In this document: in pieces, positions 48,160 to 57,683 of the stretch | Layout of the letters: every line of letters starts with the position of its first letter | Numbering within the stretch: position 1 is the stretch's first letter | From: an uncultured Muribaculaceae bacterium | Lineage (GTDB): Bacteria > Bacillota_I > Bacilli_A > RF39 > UBA660 | NCBI GenBank assembly: GCA_964650315.1 | Contig: CAZYQE010000002.1 | Coordinates: 72,140-136,139, forward strand | Length of the DNA stretch: 64,000 nucleotides | Direction: 5' to 3' | The notes under the pieces: model-generated | Told to the model about the DNA's origin: nothing | The model's database searches: none | The model's input: the letters and a program-made list of their open reading frames with translations, nothing else | Translations under genes and position numbers: made by a program

Positions 48160-48340
48160 TCAAATAAAAGACCACTATAGGAGGACAAAGTCCGGTACCA
48201 TCCTACATTGGTCTTAATTTTTATAACGGTATCCCGTAAAGCTCATAAAGTAGCTTCCTAACATAATAATAAATCTTTACACCAACCAGATTCTCTCTAT
48301 AAATATTATTATTAGTACTCATCTTTACTCATCGCTTTAT
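48160..48340 (-). promoter_or_regulatory. T-box riboswitch leader, specifier codon GCU (alanine)
   Basis: The minus strand reads Stem I base UAAAGC/GCUUUA, then GAUGAG, AGUA opposite GAA-GCU-A, the AGAGA box and distal GGUUGGUG. The T-box sequence is GUAGGAUGGUACCGGA with 7-nt bulge UGGUACC and helices UAGGA/UCCUA and GGAC/GUCC. A hairpin plus UUUUAUUU follows. Confidence 0.8.
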
Positions 48341-48392
48341 AAATATTTCATATATATTTTACCAAATTTAACTATTAAAGTAAATAATATTA

Positions 48393-49541
48393 TTATTTAC
48401 TTTTTACTTTATCCATAAAATTAATTTTCTCATCAACAAACCCAAAAATTACTTTACAACAAGCAATAACTGGAGTCGCAATAATCATACCAATTATTCC
48501 AAAGAAATGTCCAAATATTAATAATCCAGCCATTATAGTAACAGGATGTAATTTCATAGTATGACCCATAATTAAAGGTTGATAGAAATTATTTTCTAAT
48601 ACTTGAACTACTATAATAGAAATAATAGTACATATACCAACCATAGGACTTATAGTGAACCCAACTATTACTGCTGGTACTGCTCCTATATATGGTCCAA
48701 AATATGGAATAACATCAGTTATTGCACAGAACAATGCAAATACAAGTGGTGCTTTTAAACCTGCTAAAGTAAGCCCAACACTTTGTGTAATAAATACAAA
48801 GAACATAACTATAAATACTCCTTGTACATAATGTCTAAGTGAACTATTTATTCTATTAGTTAATTCAACTGCATTACCCTTCCATTTTTTAGGAAGCATA
48901 TTAATAAAACCATTATGTAATTTATCAAAATCATATAACATATAAAAACCAATCATTAATCCTAATACTACAGTAATACCTCCACTAATTAAAGCCCTAG
49001 CACAACTAATTAATGTATTAGGTAAATTAGTAGTAATATCATGTCCAAATTTTTCTAATCCAATATATAATTGATCTTTATATGAAGTTAAATCAAAATT
49101 ATAATTATTACTTATATTCGCAATAAAATCATTTATAAACATTCTAATATCTCTTAAAGTATCTGGAATACCAGCTAAGAAATCTTTAATCTGACTAGTA
49201 AAAGTTGGTAACATTAAATATATAACTAAAGATATAGTACCAAAGAAGACTAAATACACTAATATACAACCAACTACCCTAGGAATCTTCTTAGTCTGTA
49301 ACCATTTAACTACTGGATCAAATAACCAAGCTACTAGTAACCCAATAAATAAAGGTGAAATAACTATTAAAAATTCTTTAACAACACTTAATACTTTCCA
49401 CTCTTTAATTAAATATGTAATAAGTAAAATAACACATATAATAGCCATAAAGAAACCTATTCTAAGTATCTTTTTACCAGTAGATAACATATCATTTAAA
49501 CTTTTAACATCAATTTCCTTATCCTTAGTATCCTTCTTCAT
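48393..49541 (-). CDS. AI-2E family transporter (PerM/YtvI-like permease)
   Basis: About 8 TM helices, with ITDVIPYFGPYIGAVPA and the family-typical loop NNFYQPLIMG. Confidence 0.75.
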   Translation of the reverse strand: MKKDTKDKEIDVKSLNDMLSTGKKILRIGFFMAIICVILLITYLIKEWKVLSVVKEFLIVISPLFIGLLVAWLFDPVVKWLQTKKIPRVVGCILVYLVFFGTISLVIYLMLPTFTSQIKDFLAGIPDTLRDIRMFINDFIANISNNYNFDLTSYKDQLYIGLEKFGHDITTNLPNTLISCARALISGGITVVLGLMIGFYMLYDFDKLHNGFINMLPKKWKGNAVELTNRINSSLRHYVQGVFIVMFFVFITQSVGLTLAGLKAPLVFALFCAITDVIPYFGPYIGAVPAVIVGFTISPMVGICTIISIIVVQVLENNFYQPLIMGHTMKLHPVTIMAGLLIFGHFFGIIGMIIATPVIACCKVIFGFVDEKINFMDKVKSK

Positions 49542-49628
49542 ACCAACTAGCCTCCTACTTTATATAAGTATATCATAAATACTAGAAATTAACACTAATT
49601 AATTGTATAATATTCTTAGGTGATTTAC

Positions 49629-50210
49629 ATGAAAACAATATTAGAAAATACTACTAATGAAATAATTGTTAAAAATTCAAAATTTATTACTATATTACAT
49701 AATATAGATGATAATACAGATATTAATATAATATTAGAAGATTACAAAGAAAAATATCCTAAAGCTACTCATTATTGCTACGGATATATAACTGAAAATA
49801 AAAAGAAATCTAGTGATGATGGAGAGCCAGGTGGAACAGCTGGTACTCCAATATTAAATGTATTAGAAAAAGAAGATATAATAAATACTATTGCTATCGT
49901 AATAAGATACTTTGGCGGAATAAAATTAGGGGCAGGAGGACTAGTAAGAGCTTATTCTAAATCTATAAAAGAAGCTCTAAATAATTCTAATTTAATAGAA
50001 TTAGAAGAAGGTTACCAAGTAGAAATAACATTTGATTATGATAACAAAAAAGATATTGATTATAAATTAAAAAACTATGAAATTATAAACGAAGAATATT
50101 TAGATAAAATAACATATACTATATTAATACCAATCAATAGTATAGATAAAATCAATAATTATAATTATAAAATTATTAATAAATTACTAATAAAAAAACA
50201 GAAGATTTAA
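49629..50210 (+). CDS. yigZ: YigZ/IMPACT family (UPF0029) protein
   Basis: KNSKFI....., ATHYCYGYI, DDGEPGGTAGTPIL and VIRYFGGIKLGAGGLVRAY. Confidence 0.75.
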   Translation: MKTILENTTNEIIVKNSKFITILHNIDDNTDINIILEDYKEKYPKATHYCYGYITENKKKSSDDGEPGGTAGTPILNVLEKEDIINTIAIVIRYFGGIKLGAGGLVRAYSKSIKEALNNSNLIELEEGYQVEITFDYDNKKDIDYKLKNYEIINEEYLDKITYTILIPINSIDKINNYNYKIINKLLIKKQKI

Positions 50211-50222
50211 TCTTCTGTTTTT
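50193..50222. terminator. Bidirectional terminator shared by the convergent yigZ and surface-protein genes
   Basis: AAAAAACAGAAGAT-TTAA-TCTTCTGTTTTTT. The yigZ stop lies in the loop. Confidence 0.7.
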
Positions 50223-51787
50223 TATAATACTTCAATTACTTCTTCCTTCTTATTTTTTTTCATCTTCTTAGATAGAACTACACTACCTACTAATAATGAA
50301 CCAATAATCATCAAGATTAATGCATAAGATTTATAATTCTTTTGGAATGCCATAGTGTTATCAACTGAAACAAGTTGTGAAGCAATTTCATAATCAGTTA
50401 ATACATATTTAGAATTATGAGTAATACTAAATTCATAATAATCTCCACTTACTTTAATACCTTTAGTAATTAGATTAAATTTATTTTCACTAGGTACAAA
50501 GTAATATAGATTAGCTGAATGATTTTTTAATATTTTCTTTACAAAATCATTATTTTTGATTCTAACAGTTGCTTTTCCAGGTAAAGTACCATTATTAGCA
50601 AAAGTTAATACAACACCTTTATTAATGGAATTAATTTGTTTATCATTTTTAACATTATCTACTTTTATACTAACATCTATTGTTTTTACTAATTTTATAT
50701 CTTTTCCATAAAATATAATTTGATTTTCTCCATTGTTAATAACTAATTTTCTATTAGTACCTTTTATAACATTAAATATATCAGCACTAATAATTTTTTT
50801 ATTATCTGCATTTAAAGTAATGGTAGCATCTTTACTAGAATTATATATAGCATCTAATGCAGCTTGATCAATACTTTCATTATTAAATACTAATTTATTT
50901 GCCTTACCTTCATTAGTATCATCTGATTTTTTAGATACCTTTAAATATATATTTTCATTAACAGCTGCAGTTGCATATATACCACTACCAGATACATTTA
51001 TAAATTCTAATTTATAATTACCCTCTTCCATATCAGATGGTACTATAAAATATGGATTATCATCTAATGATCTAACATATACTGGTACAGTTTCATTACC
51101 TTTTACAAAATATAATGACATTTCATCTATATCTTCATCAAGTTCATAATTTACATGAACCTTATCCAAAGGATTAACATTCGTTTTACTTAAAGATATA
51201 GATTTTAAATCAACTGAGAAAAATCCATTTGGATTATCAACCTGAACAGTTTTAAAACAATTAAGTTCTTCTAATGTATCATTTTCATATACTGTATCAA
51301 AAGTACTACCATCACTATTCATACTAGTAAAAATTAAAGATTTAACAGTATATTTGCCTGGTACTGCATTATCAGGTAAAAAGAAATAATAATCATTACC
51401 CTGTTTAACAATTGATGCATATTCAATATCTGTACCATTTTTATATAATAACTCAACTTGTGCATCAATGACTTCTGCACCACTATAATCAAAATTTAAT
51501 TTGCTAAATTCCCCTGAAGTTACAGCTCCTTCGCTATCAAAATTTAATTGTTCAATAAACAACACATTATCAGAAGGAACATTAACATCTCCTATTTCTT
51601 CATTTGAATTTGTTGCTTGTGACTCTGTTGCATCAGAACCAGTAGCATCTGAAGTTGTTGCTTCTGATGGTGAAGCTCCTAATACATATGCAAAGGCACT
51701 ATTAATTTGACTAAACCCCAATAAATATAATAATGTTAAAACCAATACCCCTATAAACAATTTGTTTTTCATTAATCTTTTTTTCAC
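50222..51787 (-). CDS. Secreted, C-terminally membrane-anchored surface protein
   Basis: Signal peptide (...SQINSAFA), short Ser/Thr/Asp-rich stretch ATTSDATGSDATESQATNS, beta-rich body, then a C-terminal TM helix plus KKMKKNKK. Confidence 0.6.
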   Translation of the reverse strand: MKKRLMKNKLFIGVLVLTLLYLLGFSQINSAFAYVLGASPSEATTSDATGSDATESQATNSNEEIGDVNVPSDNVLFIEQLNFDSEGAVTSGEFSKLNFDYSGAEVIDAQVELLYKNGTDIEYASIVKQGNDYYFFLPDNAVPGKYTVKSLIFTSMNSDGSTFDTVYENDTLEELNCFKTVQVDNPNGFFSVDLKSISLSKTNVNPLDKVHVNYELDEDIDEMSLYFVKGNETVPVYVRSLDDNPYFIVPSDMEEGNYKLEFINVSGSGIYATAAVNENIYLKVSKKSDDTNEGKANKLVFNNESIDQAALDAIYNSSKDATITLNADNKKIISADIFNVIKGTNRKLVINNGENQIIFYGKDIKLVKTIDVSIKVDNVKNDKQINSINKGVVLTFANNGTLPGKATVRIKNNDFVKKILKNHSANLYYFVPSENKFNLITKGIKVSGDYYEFSITHNSKYVLTDYEIASQLVSVDNTMAFQKNYKSYALILMIIGSLLVGSVVLSKKMKKNKKEEVIEVL

Positions 51788-51872
51788 TTATTTCACTCCT
51801 ATCATGATTTAATTGTATCAATCTATACATACTAAGTAAAGATAAAATTGTAAATCTTCTGTCAAAAAAATG

Positions 51873-53375
51873 TCAAATTTCTTTGACATTTACACTTGCT
51901 ATACAAATACCAACTATTGCCCAAAAAATAGGTGTTATTATAACCACTGATAAATTAAAACAAGACTGAATCAAATAACAAACAATAGTCAGAAATAATA
52001 TTTTATAATAAACACTTGATTTATATAATTTCTTTAATAATAAATAAAATATTCTTAAATAAGCCAATAAACCAACAAAACCAATATTAACTAACATAGT
52101 CAGATATATATTTCCCGCCGTATCATTAATACTATACGGTCCAATACTAAGAACATCCATAGTATATTTAGACATAAATTGAATACTAAAAGTATCTGGC
52201 CCACTTCCAAGTATAGGATAGTTAAATATCAAAGGTATAGTTCTCTTCCATAGAAACATTCTAAATGTACCAAATTTATCATCAAAATTACCATGTAATA
52301 TTTCATGTATTTCAGAAAGTATCTTTATATTAAATTTAAATAAAAATAAGCAAAATATAAATAATAATCCACTAACTAAAATACTAAAATATATTTTTTT
52401 TAATAATTTCTTATTACTAGAATAATTATAACTATTTTTAGAAATGAACTTTTTACCTAAATACAATAATACTATCAAAACTATAAATACTAAAACTAAT
52501 AAATCAAAATTAAACTTTATAACAATCTTTCCGTAATCATAAAAATATTTAGAATTAATAATAATATTTATACCATATCCAATTAAAAACATTATAAGAA
52601 CTTCTAAAAATCTAGTTAAATATTTACTACTTAAAATTATAAGTGGTAAGACTACAATCAAAAAACATATTAATGCAACTTTACCACTTAATACATTAAT
52701 AATACTAAAAGTAAAGAAACTAAATATTAATGATATTATATAAATAATTTTTTCATATTTGTTATTTTTTAAAAATATATATGATAAAAATGATATAGGT
52801 ATAAATAAACAGTATATTGCTGAAACAGTATCTATATTACCTATTGTTGTTACAAAAAAAGAATTGTGGATACCTAAACCTTTCTGATATAAATTAAATG
52901 GATTAAGACCTAAATATTGTAAAAAGAATATAAAACTTACACAAATAGATGATATTGCTATATATAATAAATACTTTCTACTAGGCTTTAAAAATAAAGA
53001 TATTAATAATGTAGATATTAAATATACAAGATTTATAATTAACCCTTCTGCTCTACCTACTCCTATTAATAAATTATGTTTTAATAAATAAGGAGAAAAT
53101 ATAGTAGATAAAATATAAACTATCATTAATATAATAATACTTTTATGTATTTTATTTAGTTTAATTTGTTTTAATAAATTTACTTTCTTTTTAAAATAAT
53201 AACCTAGTAAATATATTATTACTATACTTATATACATAATAAAACCCAATACTAAAGCTTTCCATTTACAATTCAAAATATTAAAATAACCAGTTTTATC
53301 TATTATTAATGGAAATATAATAATTAGAAAAAATACATAAATACCAGTTAATTTACATAAAAACTTATTTTTCAT
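51873..53375 (-). CDS. O-antigen ligase/polymerase-like (Wzy_C-type) polytopic membrane protein
   Basis: At least 10 TM helices and a periplasmic-loop region with RMFLWKRTIPLIFNYPILGSGPDTFS, typical of O-antigen ligase family proteins. Confidence 0.5.
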   Translation of the reverse strand: MKNKFLCKLTGIYVFFLIIIFPLIIDKTGYFNILNCKWKALVLGFIMYISIVIIYLLGYYFKKKVNLLKQIKLNKIHKSIIILMIVYILSTIFSPYLLKHNLLIGVGRAEGLIINLVYLISTLLISLFLKPSRKYLLYIAISSICVSFIFFLQYLGLNPFNLYQKGLGIHNSFFVTTIGNIDTVSAIYCLFIPISFLSYIFLKNNKYEKIIYIISLIFSFFTFSIINVLSGKVALICFLIVVLPLIILSSKYLTRFLEVLIMFLIGYGINIIINSKYFYDYGKIVIKFNFDLLVLVFIVLIVLLYLGKKFISKNSYNYSSNKKLLKKIYFSILVSGLLFIFCLFLFKFNIKILSEIHEILHGNFDDKFGTFRMFLWKRTIPLIFNYPILGSGPDTFSIQFMSKYTMDVLSIGPYSINDTAGNIYLTMLVNIGFVGLLAYLRIFYLLLKKLYKSSVYYKILFLTIVCYLIQSCFNLSVVIITPIFWAIVGICIASVNVKEI

Positions 53376-53442
53376 AATACCACTCTATTCTAATAAGAAT
53401 ATACCAAAATAATAATAAAAAAACAATATATTAAATATTGTT

Positions 53443-54132
53443 TTAAACTGTATTCACCAATAACTTTAATCTCTTTATAACTTTCTTTTCTATTCTAGAT
53501 ATATATGATTGAGATATACCTAATTTCTCAGCCACTTCTTTTTGCGTTAATTCTTTATGTCCCATAAGTCCATATCTTAATACAATAATATCTCTATCCC
53601 TAGAATTTAATTTACTTATCTCCTGTAATAATAAATCTTTATCAGATTTTAATTCTATAGGTTTAGTAACAATATCAGGATCAGTACCTAAAACATCTTC
53701 TAAATGTAATTCATTCCCTTCCCCATCAAAAGATAAAGATGCATCTATACTAACTTCAGATTTTATTTTTTTATTCTTTCTTAAAAACATAAGTATCTCA
53801 TTATCTATACATCTAGATGCATAAGTAGCAAGTTTTATATTTTTACCACTCTTAAAAGTATTAATACCCTTTATTAAACCAATCGTCCCAATACTAACCA
53901 AATCTTCTAAATCTACACCAGTATTTTCATACTTCTTAGATAAAAATACTACTAATCTTAAATTATGTTCAATAAGAATATCTTTAGCTCTTAGATCCCC
54001 ATTTTCTTTTAAATTAACATAATAATCTTCTAGCTCTTTAGATAAAGGTTCTGGTAATACATCAGTTTGCCCTACATAAAATATACTTCTTACTTTAAAA
54101 AACAATCTTTTAAATAATTCAATTAATCTCAT
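53443..54132 (-). CDS. sigE: RNA polymerase sporulation sigma factor SigE (pro-sigma-E)
   Basis: LPEPLSKELE...ILIEHNLRLVVFLSKKYENTGVDLEDLVSIGTIGLIKGINTF...KLATYASRCIDNEILMFLRK closely parallels B. subtilis SigE. It overlaps spoIIGA by 4 nt. Confidence 0.85.
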   Translation of the reverse strand: MRLIELFKRLFFKVRSIFYVGQTDVLPEPLSKELEDYYVNLKENGDLRAKDILIEHNLRLVVFLSKKYENTGVDLEDLVSIGTIGLIKGINTFKSGKNIKLATYASRCIDNEILMFLRKNKKIKSEVSIDASLSFDGEGNELHLEDVLGTDPDIVTKPIELKSDKDLLLQEISKLNSRDRDIIVLRYGLMGHKELTQKEVAEKLGISQSYISRIEKKVIKRLKLLVNTV

Positions 54133-54899
54133 AAATCCTCCTTTAAATCATTAGGTAATATACAATCTATATCTGACATATTTAATTTATCTTTACTAAT
54201 ACCAACTAAACAATTATTAAATATTTTATTATTTATAATTATTCTATCTGGTTTAAAACACTTAATAATACCACTAGTATTCAATGCTTTATAAGGTACA
54301 TATATAAATCTATTCTTATTTATCTTAATATTATTATTTAATATAATAATATTTTTCTTAGTATATGGATCTTTTAAATTATTACCAGTATCTAACATAG
54401 ATTTTAATTTATATATTTTATTATCTATACATATTTCTATACTATAAATATTAGAATACTTTAATCTATAATTTTTATTTTCTTTTAAATATAAATATAT
54501 AATAATAGGACTTATAATTAAAATAATAATAAAATTAATAGATAAACCATTATTAAGAAATATTAATCCTTTATTATCATAAATATATGCAATATCTAAA
54601 AGATAAATACTACCTCCCAAAATAATACTAATTAAATAAAAATATAAAAAATTTTTAAAAAAATTTCTTCTACCAAACGTAATCAAAATAATAAAAATAC
54701 TAATAATTAGTTTTAATATAAATAAAGATATATTATTAAGTGATATAAATAGTAATAATATAGATAAACTACCAAATATAGAACCTAGTAGTATTCTATA
54801 TAATTTAGTATGTAGTTTTAATATATACTTAGTACCATATATAATAATAAAATCAAAAAAGAAATTTATTATAAGTACTAAATCAATATATATTTTCAT
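54129..54899 (-). CDS. spoIIGA: Sigma-E processing peptidase SpoIIGA
   Basis: Five N-terminal TM helices (MKIYIDLVLIINFFFDF...), the aspartic protease motif LDTGNNLKDP, and its position upstream of sigE. Confidence 0.85.
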   Translation of the reverse strand: MKIYIDLVLIINFFFDFIIIYGTKYILKLHTKLYRILLGSIFGSLSILLLFISLNNISLFILKLIISIFIILITFGRRNFFKNFLYFYLISIILGGSIYLLDIAYIYDNKGLIFLNNGLSINFIIILIISPIIIYLYLKENKNYRLKYSNIYSIEICIDNKIYKLKSMLDTGNNLKDPYTKKNIIILNNNIKINKNRFIYVPYKALNTSGIIKCFKPDRIIINNKIFNNCLVGISKDKLNMSDIDCILPNDLKEDL

Positions 54900-54962
54900 T
54901 TATATCACCAAAATAAGTATAAAAAAAAGAAATGATAAATATTGTCATTTCTTAAGAGTAAA

Positions 54963-55277
54963 CTATATTTTTTTCTTCTTTATAAATATTCTTATAATGT
55001 AGTATAAGAAAAAACACATTATAACTACAAAAGCCCATTTTAATAAGATATTAATACTTCCTTTAGTATATTTATCTACAATATCAAATATACTACCAGG
55101 AACATATTTACCAATTAAATCACTAACATCTTTCAAACCTATATTATCTTTAATAAATGTTAAAATTCTAAGTAATATATCTACTATTGCCATAAAGAAT
55201 ACAAAAGATGTAAATCTTTTATAAAACACTATAACTAAAACCATTAATATAATTAATACAATTAAATCTATATACAT
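54963..55277 (-). CDS. Small membrane protein
   Basis: Three hydrophobic helices. A terminator hairpin (GAAATGACA.../T-run on the minus strand) follows at about 54915-54950. Confidence 0.5.
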   Translation of the reverse strand: MYIDLIVLIILMVLVIVFYKRFTSFVFFMAIVDILLRILTFIKDNIGLKDVSDLIGKYVPGSIFDIVDKYTKGSINILLKWAFVVIMCFFLYYIIRIFIKKKKI

Positions 55278-55295
55278 AAATACCTCACTTTTACT

Positions 55296-55817
55296 CTATA
55301 AATAAGAGTTATTCTTTATTTCATATTCTAAAGTAGTACTATCATAATGTCCTGGATATAAAGTAATATCTTTAGGATATTTTTTTATTTTATTAATACT
55401 ACTATCCATCTCTTTAATATCTCCTCCTGGTAAATCACATCTACCAATAGATTCTTTAAAAATAAAATCTCCAACAAACATTACATTATCTTCTTTAAAA
55501 TAAAATGTAATTGAATCTTTAGAATGACCTGGTGTATAAATAACTTCAAATTTAAAATCTCCTACTTCATATTCTTTTTCTTCTACGCTACTCTTTTTAT
55601 ATATTTTAGTACTTCTTTTAGTTAAAAAATTTCTAAGTGCTCCAATATGATCAAAATGAGAATGAGTTATTAATACTCCTAAAACTTTATCTTCACCAAT
55701 TACTTCTTTAATCTTATCATAATCATCACCAGGATCTACTACTAAACAAGTATTATTCTTTTTTAAAACATAACAATTTTCTTCTAAAACACCAGTAACT
55801 ACTCTTTTAATGTCCAT
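55296..55817 (-). CDS. MBL-fold metallo-hydrolase (glyoxalase II-like)
   Basis: LITHSHFDHIGA and TPGHSKDS motifs. Confidence 0.8.
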   Translation of the reverse strand: MDIKRVVTGVLEENCYVLKKNNTCLVVDPGDDYDKIKEVIGEDKVLGVLITHSHFDHIGALRNFLTKRSTKIYKKSSVEEKEYEVGDFKFEVIYTPGHSKDSITFYFKEDNVMFVGDFIFKESIGRCDLPGGDIKEMDSSINKIKKYPKDITLYPGHYDSTTLEYEIKNNSYL

Positions 55818-55849
55818 ATTATCACCTTAATAAAATATTATCATAAGTT

Positions 55850-56719
55850 TTATTTTTCTTCAAATTCTTTACTTATATATGCATAATTATAATTATTATC
55901 TAATTTAAATGTATATACATAAACACCATTCTTTAATCTAGATATATCTACATTTTCACTACCATAATATCTAACTTTTTCTCTTAATACTACTGTATCA
56001 TTATATGCATATGCTTCTAATAACTTTTTATCTGCTTTATAAATAGTTGATAGATTCGAACTACATTCTCCACTTACATATTCACCACGTTCTTTAATAT
56101 ATTGAAATCCACCTAAACAACTATTACCTAATCTTATATTAGCATTCTCTATCTCAGTTTCTTCTCCAAATAATTTCTTTACTTCCCTTTGTAACGTTTC
56201 TTCTTTAAAAGCCATAGGAACAAAACCATTATTTTTTGTACACTTTATAGATTGCATACTATTATTATTAAATAAATTACAATTAGATTCAAATACTTCA
56301 TGTGTTGGAATTTGTCTATATGCAAGATATAATTTCATATTATCATCTAACTCAGTACTAGCAATATCTTCATTAATATCGGTTTTAACTTTTTGATATA
56401 AATCTTGTACTATAGTAGAATCTAAATCTAATGTAACTTTATTGTCTTTACCTGTTACTAAAGGACTACACTTATTTCTTAGATCTTTTTGATAATCAGT
56501 ATAAATATAATATCCCATACAACCAATAATAACTAGTAATAAAAATATAAACAAACCTTTTTTATGAGATTTCTTTTGCTTTACTTGTTTTTTAGGTACC
56601 TGTTGATTTTGAACTGGAACAGTCTGCTTGACTGGTTGCTGTACAGGTTGATTATAAACAGGTCTTGGTTGTGCTGTATTAGGAACAGGATTAACATTAT
56701 TTTGACCATTATTCATCAT
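55850..56719 (-). CDS. Single-pass membrane protein with a P/Q/V-rich N-terminal region
   Basis: N-terminal NVNPVPNTAQPRPVYNQPVQQPVKQTVPVQNQQVP, a basic stretch, TM helix LFIFLLLVIIGCMGYYI, then a 200-aa extracytoplasmic domain of unknown family. Confidence 0.55.
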   Translation of the reverse strand: MMNNGQNNVNPVPNTAQPRPVYNQPVQQPVKQTVPVQNQQVPKKQVKQKKSHKKGLFIFLLLVIIGCMGYYIYTDYQKDLRNKCSPLVTGKDNKVTLDLDSTIVQDLYQKVKTDINEDIASTELDDNMKLYLAYRQIPTHEVFESNCNLFNNNSMQSIKCTKNNGFVPMAFKEETLQREVKKLFGEETEIENANIRLGNSCLGGFQYIKERGEYVSGECSSNLSTIYKADKKLLEAYAYNDTVVLREKVRYYGSENVDISRLKNGVYVYTFKLDNNYNYAYISKEFEEK

Positions 56720-57600
56720 AAAACCTTCTTTCTCTTTCTAGGCTTTTCACTGGATTTTATATGATCACCAATTATATCTCCAACTTCTAATATAGTAATA
56801 AAAGCACTATTATCCATTCTAGATGCTATATGTTTAAGTTCAAATATTTCAATACGTGTAAGTACACAGTATAGAACCTCTTTATCACCACTAATTAAAC
56901 CTTTTCCTTTAATAGTAGTAACAGTACGTCCTAATCTCTTATATATCTCATCAGCCATATCTGTTCCTTTTTCAGTAACAATTAAAGCTGCTTTTACTTG
57001 TTCTAATCCCTCAGATACATAATCAATTACTTTAAAAGTAATAAAATAAGTAAGAAGTGAATACATTGCTCTATCAAATCCAAATATAAATCCTGCAACT
57101 GAATATATAATTAAGTTAAAACATAACACAATTTGTCCTACTGAAAAAGAAGTCTTTCTACTAATAACTAAAGCTACAGATTCAGTACCATCTATACATC
57201 CACCAAAGTGAATAATAAGACCAACTCCTATCCCTAAAATAACTCCTCCATATACAGTAGCCAGTAATATTTGTTTAGTCATAGGTTCAAAAAATTGAAA
57301 TAAATATAACGCTGCAGCGAACACTAACATACTATAAACAGTTCTAAATAAAAAGTTTTTACCTAAACTTTTATATCCAATAAATATAAACGGAATATTA
57401 AGTAAAATAACAAATATACTTAAAGGTAATTTAGTAAGTTTCGAAATAATAATAGAAACACCTGTAATTCCACCATCTAATATAGTATTAGGTATAAGTA
57501 CAACTTCTAAAGCAAACGCTGCAATAACAGCACCAAAAGTAAGAAGCAAAATAGAACTAAACTTCTTTATAGTTGGATTCTTCACATTAATCATATCCAC
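56716..57600 (-). CDS. YitT family membrane protein (DUF161 repeats plus DUF2179)
   Basis: Polytopic N-terminal part and a C-terminal soluble domain (KAALIVTEKG...RLGRTVTTIKGKG...CVLTRIEIFELK). Confidence 0.7.
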   Translation of the reverse strand: MDMINVKNPTIKKFSSILLLTFGAVIAAFALEVVLIPNTILDGGITGVSIIISKLTKLPLSIFVILLNIPFIFIGYKSLGKNFLFRTVYSMLVFAAALYLFQFFEPMTKQILLATVYGGVILGIGVGLIIHFGGCIDGTESVALVISRKTSFSVGQIVLCFNLIIYSVAGFIFGFDRAMYSLLTYFITFKVIDYVSEGLEQVKAALIVTEKGTDMADEIYKRLGRTVTTIKGKGLISGDKEVLYCVLTRIEIFELKHIASRMDNSAFITILEVGDIIGDHIKSSEKPRKRKKVL

Positions 57601-57683
57601 CCCTCCTACTATACACTAATTATACATCATTTTTTTTAATCTAACAATTAATATTAACAAAAAATAATACTGCTTTACAAGTA

